Part shown: in pieces, positions 1-12,835 of the stretch
How the letters are laid out: each line of letters starts with the position of its first letter
Numbering within the stretch: the first letter of the stretch is position 1
From: Squalus acanthias
Lineage: Eukaryota
Assembly (NCBI GenBank): GCA_030390025.1
Contig: CM059432.1
Coordinates: forward strand, 132,372,001-132,436,000
DNA: 64,000 nucleotides
Reading direction: 5' to 3'
The notes under the pieces: generated by a model
Databases searched by the model: none
The model's input: the letters and a program-made list of their open reading frames with translations, nothing else
Told to the model about the DNA's origin: nothing
Program-made: the position numbers and the translations under genes

Positions 1-108
1 CATGTATGCTAGAATCAGCAAATGTGCCCATGTCAACCCTCACTACTTCAATCCTGACAAGCAGATGTTCAGATTCAGCACGACTCATGAAGACTGTGTG
101 CAGCTTTC

Positions 109-249
109 CTAGTGGACGGTAGGATAGAGCCTGTTCTTCATGAAGATGACAGCAGCATAGTGTTGTCGGACTCCAGGATAGTGCTGGATATGGTTGAACC
201 AGCGGGACACATTCACATATTTCTCTCGATCTTCATGGGTTAGTCCAGC
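109..249 (-). CDS. EEF1E1: EEF1E1 coding exon 4 (terminal)
   Basis: AGLTHEDREKYVNVSRWFNHIQHYPGVRQHYAAVIFMKNRLYPTVH-stop; tttctAG acceptor; spliced product 177 aa; 3' UTR runs off the window start. Confidence 0.97.
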   Translation of the reverse strand, partial: AGLTHEDREKYVNVSRWFNHIQHYPGVRQHYAAVIFMKNRLYPTVH

Positions 250-509
250 CTAGAAATAAACATTTTAAAAGTAGTTAAAAACAGGAGATCAAAACTTCAG
301 TAAACCTCTTGCATAAATAGGAAGAGCTGCTTTACATTGTGAAACACCTACAGATCCAAATGGACCAATAGTCAAAAACAACATATGATATGCCATAGAG
401 TCACACGGACTAGAAATGCCCCAGATTTGATACCTGGTCAGTGCTGAATGAATTGACCACAGGGTACTAACCCCCTGTCACTGGTGTAAAGTTTAGGGTA
501 TTTAGTGGC

Positions 510-862
510 TGCAGTGTGTACAATCTACAAGATGCACTGCAGCAACTCGCCAAGGCTTCTTCGGCAGCACCTCCCAAACCTGCGACCTCTACCACCTAGA
601 AGGACAAGGGCAGCAGGTGCATGAGAACACCAACACCTGCAGGTTCCCCTCCAAGTCACACACCATCCTGACTTGGAAATATATCGCCATTCCTTCATTG
701 TCGCTGGGTCAAAATCCTGGAACTCCCTCCCTAACAGCACTGTGGGAGTACCTTCACCACACAGACTGCAGCGGTTCACCACTACCTTCGAGGGCAATTA
801 GAGATGGGCAATAAATGCTGGCATTGCCAGCGATGCCCACTTCCCAGGAACTAATAAAAAAA
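510..862 (+). mobile_element. 3' fragment of a CR1/L2-group LINE (same family as 11277-12680)
   Basis: Closely similar to 12316-12680, ending gggcaataaatgctggc plus A-rich tail. Confidence 0.85.
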
Positions 863-2369
863 ACGTTCTTGCTTATGCTAGAATCGTCAAGTGTTTGCAA
901 ATCTACCCACACTATTTCAATGCAGCGGGGTCTCAAGGAAGATGACAGCTGGGGTTTCAACTCAATTACTATTTAGTGAACTCTGATAGAAAGTGCTCAA
1001 GTGAAGATGGGATTGGGTTCACCTGTGATACCCCCACAGTTGAACGGCTTGCTAATATTTACTGTCTGAGTTCGCATGAGTAATAACCCCTTGGGTGGGG
1101 TACAAGAAGGCTGGCCACATTCAGAAGGGAAGGTCAAAAATAACCAGTGGGAAAATGACGTAGAACAAATAAGTCAACAAAACAAGTCAACAAAACCTAG
1201 AGTGTGGGTTCATGTGCAAGAAAAGGTTCAGGGATGTGTAGTGAAGTAGGTATTATACAAAAAGCTGAGTTTATGTTCTCGATGGTTTATGCTTATGCTT
1301 GAGCATGACCAAATGTAAAGGCAACCTCCAAATGTAACCATACTGTGCATTAGTGTTCCACATTCCTATTGTTTTCACGTCCATAGCACAAAACTGTAGG
1401 GCACATTAAAATTAACCGCAGGTTTAAAAAAAGCAAGTAGTACTGGTGGAAGTTTATTCCCTTCAGCCATCACTAAAAGGTAGGAGGCACTAACTCTTCA
1501 CCCTGAACTACAGAGGAAAGAAGTGTCTAGCCTGATGCTCCAGGCACCATGAGTGTGGAGCAGGCTTGATGGACCAGCTGGTCATTTCCTGTCCGTCAAT
1601 TTCATATATGGTTTAAAAATAATAAGTGGGGATTACAGCGCTACTCATTAAAAGTAATAAAGACAGGCACTGCTAAGTGCCACAAGGGCATGGAAGTCAT
1701 GACACAAGAAGCAAGTGCGACAAAGGGAAGCGCACACAGTCGCAAGACGTTTAATGCATGAATAATGTATCTTAACTTTAAATATGCGACTTCTTGTAAA
1801 ATCATTACTGGCAGAGCTAATCCACCAATGCTGCTCTGTACTGAAAACTGGATGCGTACAACACTATCTTAATAGCATAGCTGAGAATGGGAATGCAGCC
1901 TTTGCAACATTTTGCAAAAGTTTCTAAATAACCTCGCTTTAACTTCTGGTCTTAAACAGTGCAGCATAGGATTCCACCATATCCCATCAGAACATCTGTT
2001 GCACTGCAGTCTCGCACTACATGCAAACCAGTAAGGTCACTGAAAATGATTTAAAGCAAAATTTTATTTTTTCAGTACATTACATGAATAACCCTGCTTA
2101 CTGTATAAATGAAAGGAGTAAAGAAATTGGATACTTATACTATATAAATAAGGATTAAATTAGTTCCTTTACCAATCTTCACTATATATTCTCTTTTTCC
2201 TGGGTGGTGAATTGGGAAACAATTTCTTTCTAATCTGCCAACTCCCCTCTCCAATTTCCCATGACATACTATCGAAGTTGGTTTCAGCGATGTGCATGCA
2301 TTGCACCCATGATGTCAGCATGCACACTGCAAGCGGTACATGTCTTACATGCAATCCACATGCATCGCA

Positions 2370-2777
2370 GGGCCTGATTTTCTGCACAAAAGAAAAGGGA
2401 ACTTTGTAATTGTTTTTTTTTAAAAAAGGGGACCTGGATCTTTTATCCAATCAGCTTGTTGAATTGCGGCTCAAGCAGTAAGTAGGAGCTAGGGGAAGTG
2501 TTAGGTATGATTATATTGTGCTGTACAATGACAACAGTCAGAAAACGTGAATTAGTGGCAGGTTATGTGTTGAAGTTAGCAAAATACTAAAGGCAGAGGA
2601 TCATCAGACAGAGTGTCTGTTCCGCAAACTTAGTGGATGCCTGCACAGCTGTACAAGGGAGCATCGAGATAACAAGGGGCATGGAAGGATCACCAGGGGC
2701 AAGAAACTGCTGAACGCAGCATTTTTACATGCTCGAAAAATCAGGATGAGCACAGCGTTGTGCGAGAATTCAGGCCA
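2370..2777. mobile_element. degenerate Harbinger-type MITE
   Basis: Inverted ends gggcctgattttctgcacaa / ttgtgcgagaattcaggcc; no clean TSD. Confidence 0.45.
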
Positions 2778-2944
2778 ACTAATGAGCCTTAAGACCTGCT
2801 TGGTGATTTTCTCAGGACATTTCGCCCAGCAGCAAAATCCATGCCCAATGCCTCCAACCGCACCAGAAAATATTCATGGGACAATGATGACACTGAGTGA
2901 CAAAATTACGGATGTCAGAAATGTTGCGAGTTCCTTAATTTTCC

Positions 2945-3900
2945 ATTAAATACTTGATATTCTTGACCGTCCAGCAGTGATGTAGTTTGCCTTTTATGAT
3001 CTTGTTGCGAAGAAGCCTGCACTTGTGTTGGCCGATCTGGATTTTGTCACCACTGCAAATAGTTGCCAGACGTGCAGTTATGCCATTAGAACAGCACAAT
3101 CTTGCGTGGCGTGAAGTAGCAACTGTGAATTTAGACTGTTTGCCCGCAGTGTGCAGCTAAATGACGACGCACGTTTCACCTTTCACGTCCAGCTCAGCTC
3201 CTGCATGCCACTGTGTCTCACGCAACAGATATTCCTGAAAAGACGACTGAAGCAGTTCATCATTACTGCCTCAAGTATGTGAACAGAATGAGAAAGTGTT
3301 TTATGATGTTTGTGAAGAGACCCACGCAGAACGAGGCCTGCCAACAGCTGTGGTCTCCACAAGAAGGTTCAGATTGCATTTCGCTGCAGTGACTGTTCAA
3401 AAGGCATGAAGTGTTTTAATTTACCTCTTAGACAAACCGGAGTTTGGCAGCATAAAAACAGGAAACTTTAACTAGATACTCAATAAGTGAGGTAATTTTA
3501 GAATTAAGACGCTTGGGCTGTTATTCGCGATGCAGAATGCACTGGAATCCTCTCCTTCCTCTGTAGGCACAATGTTCATGAATGCATTTATTGCGTTCTA
3601 TCAAGTCTCGGCTGAATTCAAGACACCAGTGCCGAACTGCACAAATTCCAGAATGAACACTTTTCATGTTGAAGTTGTCATTCTCTGTGCAAGAGAAAAA
3701 TGACAAGAGATTCCCAATCTGTTTCTCAGAAGCTGTCAAAAGTGGAATGAAACTGTGCTCGCACCTCCTAGGGTACTCATTCTGGAAGGTGGTCATTGTG
3801 CTGTTCAATTCCCATTGGAAACGTTTTGGCCCCATCCGCTGAATTCGGTGAGTATTTTTGTGAGATTGGTGTCTTGTGGTGAAACCAAAGCAAAACTAGA
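2945..3900 (-). pseudogene. decayed Crypton-like (DUF3504) tyrosine-recombinase fossil
   Basis: Colinear motifs across frameshifts: NLLSFF...KSVHSGICAVRHWCL; FYAAKL(F)CLRGKLKH at about 3460-3411; W..AG...KFT; RLCCSNG-x10-GDK. These resemble the Crypton FYNxKxFxLRGxxEH and G-x10-GH boxes. Confidence 0.55.
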
Positions 3901-5602
3901 AAGTGAATTGCACACGTGCCTGGCTACGTCTGCTCCTGCTAACAACACGATGCTTGGCTGATGCTGAGAAAACAGACTCGGCTACGCCCAGCATTCTCGA
4001 CAAACAAATCTTGGTAAATGTTAGTGAACTCTACTGATGCAAGCATATGCTGCCGGAACTTTTGGAACTGTGTTTGGGTCCCCTAAAAAGGGTGTGTGAA
4101 CTGTGTAACTAATTATGGGTTGTCATTTAGCTGTGTTTTTTTCAGTCCCTTGCTCGTCTCTGAGTAAAAGCGCTAAATTAAAAACTGATTTTCTCTGAAT
4201 TTACCCACCTAATATGCTCATGGTTTTTAAACACTGAGCCCCCACCCGCCCCACAAAAAGCAGAATTTTACAATCGGCAATGACAACTAAATTTAACAAT
4301 CTTAAGTAAAAACCATTTGCGTCATAGCTACTACTATTCTCATGTCAACAACACGAGTGATGCTGCTGCTGCCAACCTGTATTTTGAATTAACCACTGCT
4401 CCCAGCCTCGAAAGAGCAGAGCAGACGACTGAACTATTGGCTTGAATACTCCTGTTTCTGCCAGCTGAGAGTAACTAATCAAGTCCTTGTGGGTAATGGT
4501 GCACAGAAGCAATACTGCCCCATAATTCAATGCTAATTGCCACCCAATTGTCAATCCCAATCAGGCCTCGAGGATAGCCAGTATGGAAAATGGGAAATAT
4601 CATGATTCTGCATGACAAAATTCAAAATTTGAACAAGATTCATTTTTTTTTGATTCTGAGAATACTTTGAATTAAACGTTTGATGGCTCTGTACAGGTTA
4701 TCTAATCCTACTTTATGATATTTAGAAAATTGAAGATGTGTGTCAGTAATTACATTAAGTGCTGCTAACCTTTCAAGCTTCAAAATATTTGATAAATTGC
4801 AGTATTTCTACGGTGGCATTTTATACTCTTTATTAAAAAAATTAGAGACACGTTTCAGTACTGTAGGCTACAAGCTGCCTCCCTAATGTTAAATCAATGC
4901 TGACTACAAGGATAACCTCCACGTATGATTTATGTATATTCCTCATTTTATGCACAGATTCTCTAATAATGTTTTGAGGTAAATCGACCAGGGGGAATCC
5001 AACTTTGAGTATGTAAACAAATCTTCCAATTTGATTTTGTTGTTGATATAACAACATATTGAACTGTTTAACGTATTGAACCTGACAGCTTGTTGTACAA
5101 GGTATCCTCAATATAATTTGAAAATGCTCTGCTGAATTACACTGCCACATTTAACATGAACATAAAAGGCAACCCACACATGTAGCTGTGCTTTGCATTA
5201 GATCAACTGTTCTTCTTGCTTACATGATCGATTATATAGAATTAACCCGTAGAGCACATTAACATCAGCATGGGTGGGTCTAAAAATGGTTAAAACAAGG
5301 GTGTGGTCAGCCATTTGGCTTAACTGGAGGGGGTGTAGGAAGAGAAGAGATATTGCAACATGAGATTTCTGTATTTGTTGACTTGCTAGCGTGTTACTTT
5401 AGTTGCTGTATGCGGAAATATTTTCTGCAGTAACACTGCCTTTTGAAGTTAGGACAGTGCGCCCTGGAGTGTCAATATTTGCAAAGGTTTGCTCAGAGAT
5501 TTTAAAACCATGGCTCGAGAACAATGCTCGATTTCAAATCAAGTAACAGCAGAAAGCATCCAAAATGTAAAATGGAGGACACCGATCGAGTCCAGTCACA
5601 TT

Positions 5603-5744
5603 CAATGGTCCCTCGTGCGCGGTTCCTTTAACTGGCTGCGCGGCCCATTCAAATTTTCACGCATGCACAGTTTCTCCCATGCAAATGCCAGTAAGTGGCC
5701 TGCGCGGGACCTCCAGACTGCTGCGCAGCTTAATGGGAACGTTG
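5603..5744 (-). mobile_element. hAT-type MITE
   Basis: TIR caatggtccc / gggaacgttg; degenerate 8-bp TSD gtcacatt/actacatt; related to 42597-42771. Confidence 0.6.
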
Positions 5745-5772
5745 ACTACATTCCACCATTTTAACTTGGCAA

Positions 5773-5930
5773 CAATGTTCCCCCCAAGGTGAGCGGCCGC
5801 GCACCAATCAGGAGGTCCCGCGCACCAATCAGGAGGTCCCGCGCAGGCCGCTCACCAGCTGCTACCGCTGGGAAAAATACTGCGCAGCAAATTTAAAGGG
5901 ACCGTGCACCAAAAAAGAATTAGAGGCAAC
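5773..5930 (+). mobile_element. hAT-type MITE (same family) with internal 21-bp tandem duplication
   Basis: Starts caatgttccc; cgcgcaccaatcaggaggtcc x2; shares ggtcccgcgcaggccgctcac and aatttaaagggacc with the 42597 copy. Confidence 0.6.
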
Positions 5931-6146
5931 CCCGAAGATTCTTGGGTATTTTAAAACACTTGAAGGTGTGTAAACTTTTATCATCTACGTACAAAACAGG
6001 AAGGATTTTTTTTTTTTAATAAACTTTCATATTTTGTTAGAATAATTCAATGTTCCACAGTAGTTAAACAGAATCCTTACAATCTTACCCGGATGAGGTT
6101 AAGTTAGTGCAAGAGTACAGTTTCAAAGGCTCTACAAACCACTCAC

Positions 6147-6242
6147 CACAATAGGATGAAGACCATTGTACAGCATGATATCTGCTAACGTGAAGCTGTT
6201 GCCAGCCAGGTATACTTTATCTTCAAGGTAACAATTGAGTTC
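6147..6242 (-). CDS. EEF1E1: EEF1E1 coding exon 3
   Basis: Manual translation ELNCYLEDKVYLAGNSFTLADIMLYNGLHPIV (GST-C-like fold; human DLNSYLEDKVYLTGYNFTLADILLYYGLH); ttttcgtAG acceptor, GTgagt donor; 96 nt. Confidence 0.97.
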
Positions 6243-8292
6243 CTACGAAAAAAAACACTGCAGTAGAGGGAGGTCTGTACATAATAAATAACCAACAGTT
6301 AGAAGTCATTGCTTTTAAACTTCAGGACATTCTTAGTCACCCAGGCCAGAGGGGACAATGTTTACAGCAGCTCCTCACTGGTTTGACCGGGCCTTGCAAC
6401 ACAGTATGTTGACGAAATTAAAGACCCCCCCCCCGTAAAGGACAGATCAAACATATTGGGGTTAAAAATTGCTCTGGCTGCAATGTAAGTGCATCTAAAA
6501 TATAGAACCACAACCTGCAATACCACCAAGCTTGTGCTGGTGGTGGTGTTGCTGCTGCTGAGAATAAGGACTGCTAAATTACACTGCAGTGCCCCCAGCA
6601 GGCTTTTAGTGGTATAACAGCAGTAACATTCACACCATTAATGACTTGATTCTGCAAATTATGAAAAATGTAATAGCTATATAAATTAATAGGCCTTATT
6701 TAAGTCATCAACTTAAGTACTGAGAACTGTTACGGATGCATAGAGAATAGTCCACAGTTATAGATCATTCTTAGTTATTTCATTTAAAAAAATCATTCGG
6801 AGCCTTCTGAAAGTTCCTCAGAATAATGGATAGGTGATTTAATTATAAGCAGTTATGAAATGAATCAGATGACAAAATGGAGACTGATGCAAACCACACC
6901 CGAGATATGTACAGTGGAGTTTGTTTCATTTTGGGTCGGTTTCTCTGTTGGCACTGGATGTTTTGGGAAACACCAACAAACAGCAGGCTCCATGTGCTAG
7001 ACTTGTGTGTATATCAAATGTAAAGTCTACCATTCAACTATAGTCCACTCTTGATAATTAGAAAATAACGCACAATATGGACAGTAGCACTTTAAGCGCT
7101 TTGGGGTTGTGAAAAGCACTATATAAAGGCAAGTTCTTTATTTTTTAAGTCTGGTTTACTTTATTTACAACAAATAAGGAAACCTTGAATCCTGCCCCCC
7201 TTTTCCAAAACGATCTATTAGGTAAAAAGTATTAGGTGGAGCTCAAAACTTAGCGCCTAAACCTCACATTCTATACAGGCAAGGCATGTCTAAACTTTGC
7301 AATCTTTATTGGAATAGTTCTGCGACATCATTTAATGATAACAGTAATTCTGTTACAGTAGGTAGGCTAAGGTCACCACAGTAACACACACAAACCCAGA
7401 TTTATTATATAGAATAACTCCTGTCAAATTCCAGCAATAAAATTACTTACCCCGCTCCCCCCCAAAAGAATCGTGCATAGTCCAGAACGATTCAAAGAGG
7501 AGAAAATACCTTAAAACAGAAAGAATTCTCATCCACACAAAATATTTACTGGTTTTTGAGGAACGGCAGCTAAGTGCACGATCATTATTTAGCTGGTCCC
7601 ATAGCAAAGGCACAAGTTATCTGTACTTTCTCAAGGAAACTATGGAGTAAAAAGAGAGCTTTAGACACAGTTTGAAAGTTGAGTCACCACTGAAATGTTT
7701 GCCCCATAGATCACTAGCAAAATAAAACATGGCTTTTCTTCTTCCAAGGAACAGATTAAATAAATCTCAGTTGACAATGTGCACACAACAGGATGTGTCA
7801 TCTATCATTTGGGTATTTATCAAAAGTAACCACGTTACATTTTCATCGATGTATACTTTTGACAGAAAAAGTGGTCACAGCTCTAACAAGTGCGTTCCAA
7901 AGCTAATCACACACCACTTCCGTGCACAGACAGCTGGTTCCAAGGGAAAAAAGGAGACCAGATTATTCTTAGTTTAGAAACTCAAAGCGTAGTATTTTGT
8001 GCGATTTACTCACAGAAGCAACACCGAGTAAAGTTACTAGTATGGAGAGTGGTGTGAGGGAGAGGAGAGAAAAAAAAGACAAACAGAGGGGCAGTCAAAC
8101 TCAGGCCATTATTCAAAGCCTGCTACTGGCTAGTTCAGATCTCGAGTAGATCAGTTGACCTCTGGGGCACAAATGACATGTGGCTCAGGGAAGCTGATTG
8201 AGACTGAGGACAAAATATCTCACAAACAAAAAGGAAACCTTAGAAAATATCTCATTCACAGCCATCTCTTCAGAACTCAAGGGAACCCTTAC

Positions 8293-8493
8293 CTTTAAAA
8301 TCATTCTTGCATCCTCTTGACTGGTACACCTGTCTATTTGAGTCACTCTATATTCGAGCCATTGCTGAACTATAGCACTCTTCTCAGCTGTAGTCCCCAA
8401 GAGTGCCTCTTTTTTGGCCACTTTTACGAGATGAGATGCTATGGTAGTCAACCCCACTAAACCAGGCCCATTATTGGTCTGTAGCACAGGGAC
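8293..8493 (-). CDS. EEF1E1: EEF1E1 coding exon 2
   Basis: VPVLQTNNGPGLVGLTTIASHLVK...VQQWLEYRVTQID...ILK; tttgcAG acceptor and GTaagg donor; 201 nt, phase 0. Confidence 0.97.
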
Positions 8494-8992
8494 CTGCAAA
8501 GTTAGAAAATATATAATGAAGCATTTACCTACATTGTAATACTAAAACAGCCATTTATAAATGAAAATCAAAAGGATGGGTTCGTCAAATAAACCACCAC
8601 ATACAATGTCTCAAGACAATGATAGCTGATACAGATCAGATGGATCATTTATAGTGAAAAGATCAAACCAATCCTTTAGGAATAGCTGCCTGATGAAACA
8701 GCAGAAGTCAGACCACATAGGACTTTGTGCTTAATATATGCATTGGTGCCACTAAGTTTATTGATTACCTGCGTATCAATACACTACAGGGAAAAAAATT
8801 AAACTTAATTCAATGGACGAGAGATTATTTCTATTACATTCTGGAACTATCTGTATTTTTTTTTGAGGGGGCGGGGAGAAATGGATTGGTCTAATAATAT
8901 TACCTCAAATTTCTCACGCCATCAGTATGTCACCCCAGGAAAGACAAAAGCTGTAATTGTAATGTTGGCCCATTTTTTTTTTTTAAATAGTT

Positions 8993-9250
8993 AGGAACAT
9001 AGGAACAGGAGGAGGCCATTTAGCCCCTCAAGCCTATTCCACCATTCAATGAGATCATGGCTAATCTGCGACCTAACTCCATATACTCGCTGTTGCCCCA
9101 GCAATTGCGGATTTAAAATTAATTGACCCAGCATCAACTGCCGTTTGTGGAAGAGAGTTCCAAACTTCTACCACCTTTTGTGTGTAGAAGTGTTTCCTAA
9201 CTTCACTCCTGAAAGGCCTGGCTCTAATTTTTAGACTATCCCCCTGGTTC
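8993..9250 (-). mobile_element. CR1 3' end fragment
   Basis: ggaacata-type tail and conserved 3' UTR hairpin (ggccatt..gccc..gcct..ccacc). Confidence 0.75.
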
Positions 9251-9469
9251 AAGTGGAAACTTCACATGGCTAAGATCATGTTTTGCTGAAACCCTAGAGA
9301 TAACACTGATACAGTAAACAAACAATAAACTAATCATGAACGACGTAATTCTCCACTGCTGGACCCTAATTGTTCTGAAACAGCATTAAATAATGCGGGA
9401 GGAGTTGCAGATCATTTATAACAGAACATGGCTACACAAAATAGGACCAGTCTACACCGTGCACTCATT

Positions 9470-9792
9470 GGGGGCAATTTTGCCAGCCCTGGGGAGGCGG
9501 GACTGCCAGGAAAATGGCAGAAACTGGGAGCGGGTACCGAACCCACTCCCAACCTGCCTCTGTGCCATCTTCCCGGGAGGTGGGTCCCCGACTCGTGCAG
9601 GGACCCGTCTCCGAGGCGGGAAGGGGATTACAGCCATTTAACTGCCTGTTAACAGGCAGTTAAGAGGCTTACCCCAGGGCAGGTTTAACAAGGTCAATCA
9701 AGGGAAAATAGCATGGGTTGGCCGGATGTCGTTGGGGGCGGGACTAATACCCAAAAACCAGAAGTCACGCCCCCATTGACAAAATCCAGCCC
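9470..9792. mobile_element. Harbinger-type MITE
   Basis: 12-bp TIRs GGGGGCAATTTT / GGGCTGGATTTT; 3-bp TSD att/att. Confidence 0.7.
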
Positions 9793-10604
9793 ATTGTTTC
9801 TATAAAAATACCAACCACTGCTTCAAGTCCACAGCCTGCCTTTCAGATATAATTGGATAGAATACAGAATTGTAAAAGACAGTGAAATAGTGGGTGGGGG
9901 CAAACATAGAGGCAGTTACAGGAAAACAGACACAAATGTTATTTTTCTTTTTGCTCTTGAGCAACTCCACAGCAGAGGAAAATAATTAGCAACACATAAA
10001 AGGGGTGTTGTCACATTTTTCTTGGGTGAGGTTCAGATAGGCTTAGTTTCTGGGAAAGGGAAAACAAAATCACCACAGAAACTCTGCTCCCGAGTCTCCA
10101 TGTCAGCCACAGATGTCTGTAGTGCAACAGATGTCTTTTGCATCTGCTAATATAACTATTGCAATGCACTTCTCTTATTCCAGCTGACTGAATGCATAAA
10201 GAAGCCAGTACAATTCATAGTGCTTTGCAGTTTCCAAAACAGTTAAAGAACTTGCAAGAATAGTGTTTACCAGCAAGAGACACAATGCTGTGAGTTTGTG
10301 CATTGTGATAGAATGCAGATTTGTATGAGTCTTCAGTTATTTACCTTTCCAGCATACAGCCTTATTTTAGTTCCTATCAATGAGATTTCATAGCCATGAA
10401 AATATGTGGAGAAACATCACTCACAATCCCTACCACAGCTGCTACGAAGCCACACCACACCTCTAGTGAACCCCACCCATATATCCCACTGAAAGATTGC
10501 AGCCAGTTCTAGAACATAACTTCAAAATAAGCTCTAAAGGACCACAATGACAGCATGGGTACACAAACATTTTTAGGCACAGGATGATACAAGCCTCCTC
10601 TTTC

Positions 10605-10655
10605 TCCCCCCCCCCCCCCCCCCCCACCCCCACCCCCCCCGACCCCCACCCACCC
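10605..10655. repeat. poly-C / C-rich tract
   Basis: Long C homopolymer followed by (C)nA units. Confidence 0.9.
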
Positions 10656-10729
10656 CGGTGATCAACCTGCTTTGAAATGCCTCCAACTGTCTCATTGTCT
10701 GTGGTGATTTATTTGATTCCAAACCACCC

Positions 10730-11276
10730 ACTTGTACTATCTACTTAGATCAATTTTATCTAATCCCTTCATAATTATGAAAGATAAATAATCTTGAATA
10801 CTTTTAAGTCTACTCCTTTCTAAAGAAGCATGGCCAACATTCTCAAATGCAGAATCATATTTGTTGCTTGTCTCTGTGCCTTTTTCCAAGGGCAGTAATA
10901 CTCTCCCCATGATTTGTAACCAGAGCTGCACACAGTTCTCTATATAGTCTCTGACCAAAGCAACATCTCAGTTAATTTGTACTCTATCCCTCTACTAACA
11001 CAACATTATAACTGAGGCTAAGTACTCTGCTGCTGGTTTCATTCATTTATTCATGACAATCGCTGGATTTCTTTCCCGATGAGTACTCTCCCACTGTTCC
11101 ATTTAGCGCATATTCCCTCTTCTGCTTCCTTATTCCCAGACTAACTATTTCACATTTACCCACATTCAACTACATGCCCAAGCGATCCAAATCCTCCTGA
11201 ACCTTTAATACCATGTGCTTCTATTTTCCAAATAAGTCTGTTATGTGGTGCTTTATCAAATGCCTTTTGAAAGTCC
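10730..11276 (-). mobile_element. old degenerate CR1 RT fragments
   Basis: Remnant motifs [11 protein letters not shown] (about 11240-11276), IENCVQLW and IMKGLDKIDL. Confidence 0.6.
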
Positions 11277-12680
11277 AGTGTCCTAGGCCCAACCATCTTC
11301 AGCTGCTTCATAGAAACATAGAAACATAGAATCTAGGAGCAGGAGTAGGCCATTCGGCCCGTCGAGCCTGCTCCACCATTCAATACGATCATGGCTGATC
11401 ATCCAAATCCAGTACCCTGTCCCTGCTTTAATCCCCACAGTACACATATCCCACCCTACCCCCGTAACCCCACGTATTTAATTCCCCCTAACATATCCCA
11501 TCCTATCCCCATAACCCTACATATTTAATCCCCCCCTAACACTAAGGGTCAATTTATCATAGCCAAATCAACCTAACCCGCACATTTTTGGACTGTGGGA
11601 GGAAACCGGAGCACCCGGAGGAAACCCACGCAGACACGGGGAGAATGTGCAAACTCCACACAGACAGTCACCCGAGGTCAGATTTGAACCCGGGTCTCTG
11701 GCGCTGTGAGGCACCAGTGCTAACCACTATGCCACCATGTTCATCAATGACCTTCCCTCCATTATAAGGTCAGAAATGGGGATGTTCACTGATGACTGCA
11801 CAGTGTTCAGCGCCATTCGCAACTCCACAGATAATGAAGCAGTCCATGCCCGCATACAACAAGACCTGGATGACGTTCAGGCTTGGGCTGATAAATGGCA
11901 GGTAACATTCGCGCCACAGAAGTGGCAGGCAATGACTATCTCCAACAAGCGAGAGTCTAACCACCTCCCCTTGACATTCAATGGCATTACCATCGCCGAA
12001 TCCCCCACTATCAACATCCTGGGGTCACCATTAACCAGAAACTTAACTGGACCAGCCACATAAATACTGTGGCAACAAGAGCAGTTCAGAGGCTAGGTAA
12101 TCTGCAGCGAGTGTCTCACCTCCTGACTCCCCAGAGCCTTTCCACCATCTACAAGGCACAAGTAAGGAGTGTGATGGAATACTCTCCACTTGCCTGGATG
12201 AGGGCAGCTCCAACAACACTCAAGAAGCTCGACACCATCCAGGACAAAGCAGCCCGCTTGATTGGCATCCCATCCACCACCTTAAACATTCACTCCCTCC
12301 ACCACCGGCGTACTGTGGCTGCAGTGTGTACCATCTACAAGATGCACTGCAGCAACTCGCCAAGGCTTCTTCGGCAGCTCTTCCCAAACCCACGACCTCT
12401 TCCACTTAGAAGGACAAGGGCAGCAGGCGCATGGGAACACCACCACCTCCAAGTCACACACCATCCTGACTTAGAAGTATATCGCCGATCCTTCATCGTC
12501 GCTGGGTCAAAATCCTGGAACTCCCTACCTAACAGCACTGTGGGAGTACCATCACCACACGGACTGCAGTGGTTCAAGAAGGCGGCTCAGCACCACCTTC
12601 TCAAGGGCAACTAGGGATGGGCAATAAATGCTGGCATTGCCAGCGACGCCCTGATCCCATAAACAAATTAAAAAAAATAA
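11277..12680 (+). mobile_element. 5'-truncated CR1/L2-group LINE (RT C-half), interrupted by a SINE
   Basis: VLGPTIFSC|FINDLPSIIRSEMGMFTDD...WQVTFAP...YKAQVRSVMEYSPLAW; aataaa and A tail at about 12623-12680. Confidence 0.85.
11310..11737 (-). mobile_element. HE1-like V-SINE (tRNA head, V-domain, CR1-derived tail)
   Basis: Minus-strand tRNA-like head with A/B boxes (tggcatagtgg, ggttcaaatc), V-domain tgtgtggagtttgcacattctccccgtgtctgcgtgggtttcc, (catagaaa)n tail; splits the host LINE at ttcat. Confidence 0.85.
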
Positions 12681-12835
12681 ACTTTAGAACTTTAGGAGGA
12701 GTTAGTGTAATCTAACCAGAGGAGCTTAGAACAGGTCAGAAGCCATCAACAAAGAGTTGAAGCAGTTCATCAACATCAACTGATTGCTGAGACATGGATT
12801 ATACCTATAGCCACGTTATTTTATATTCTATTAAT

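Noticed and set aside
8185..8292. ORF extension of EEF1E1 exon 2 (and 16583-16771 of exon 1)
   Set aside because: Read-through past canonical GT donors into intron
11680..11737. tRNA genes (also about 29930 and 62890)
   Set aside because: A/B-box sequences are SINE heads with no complete cloverleaf
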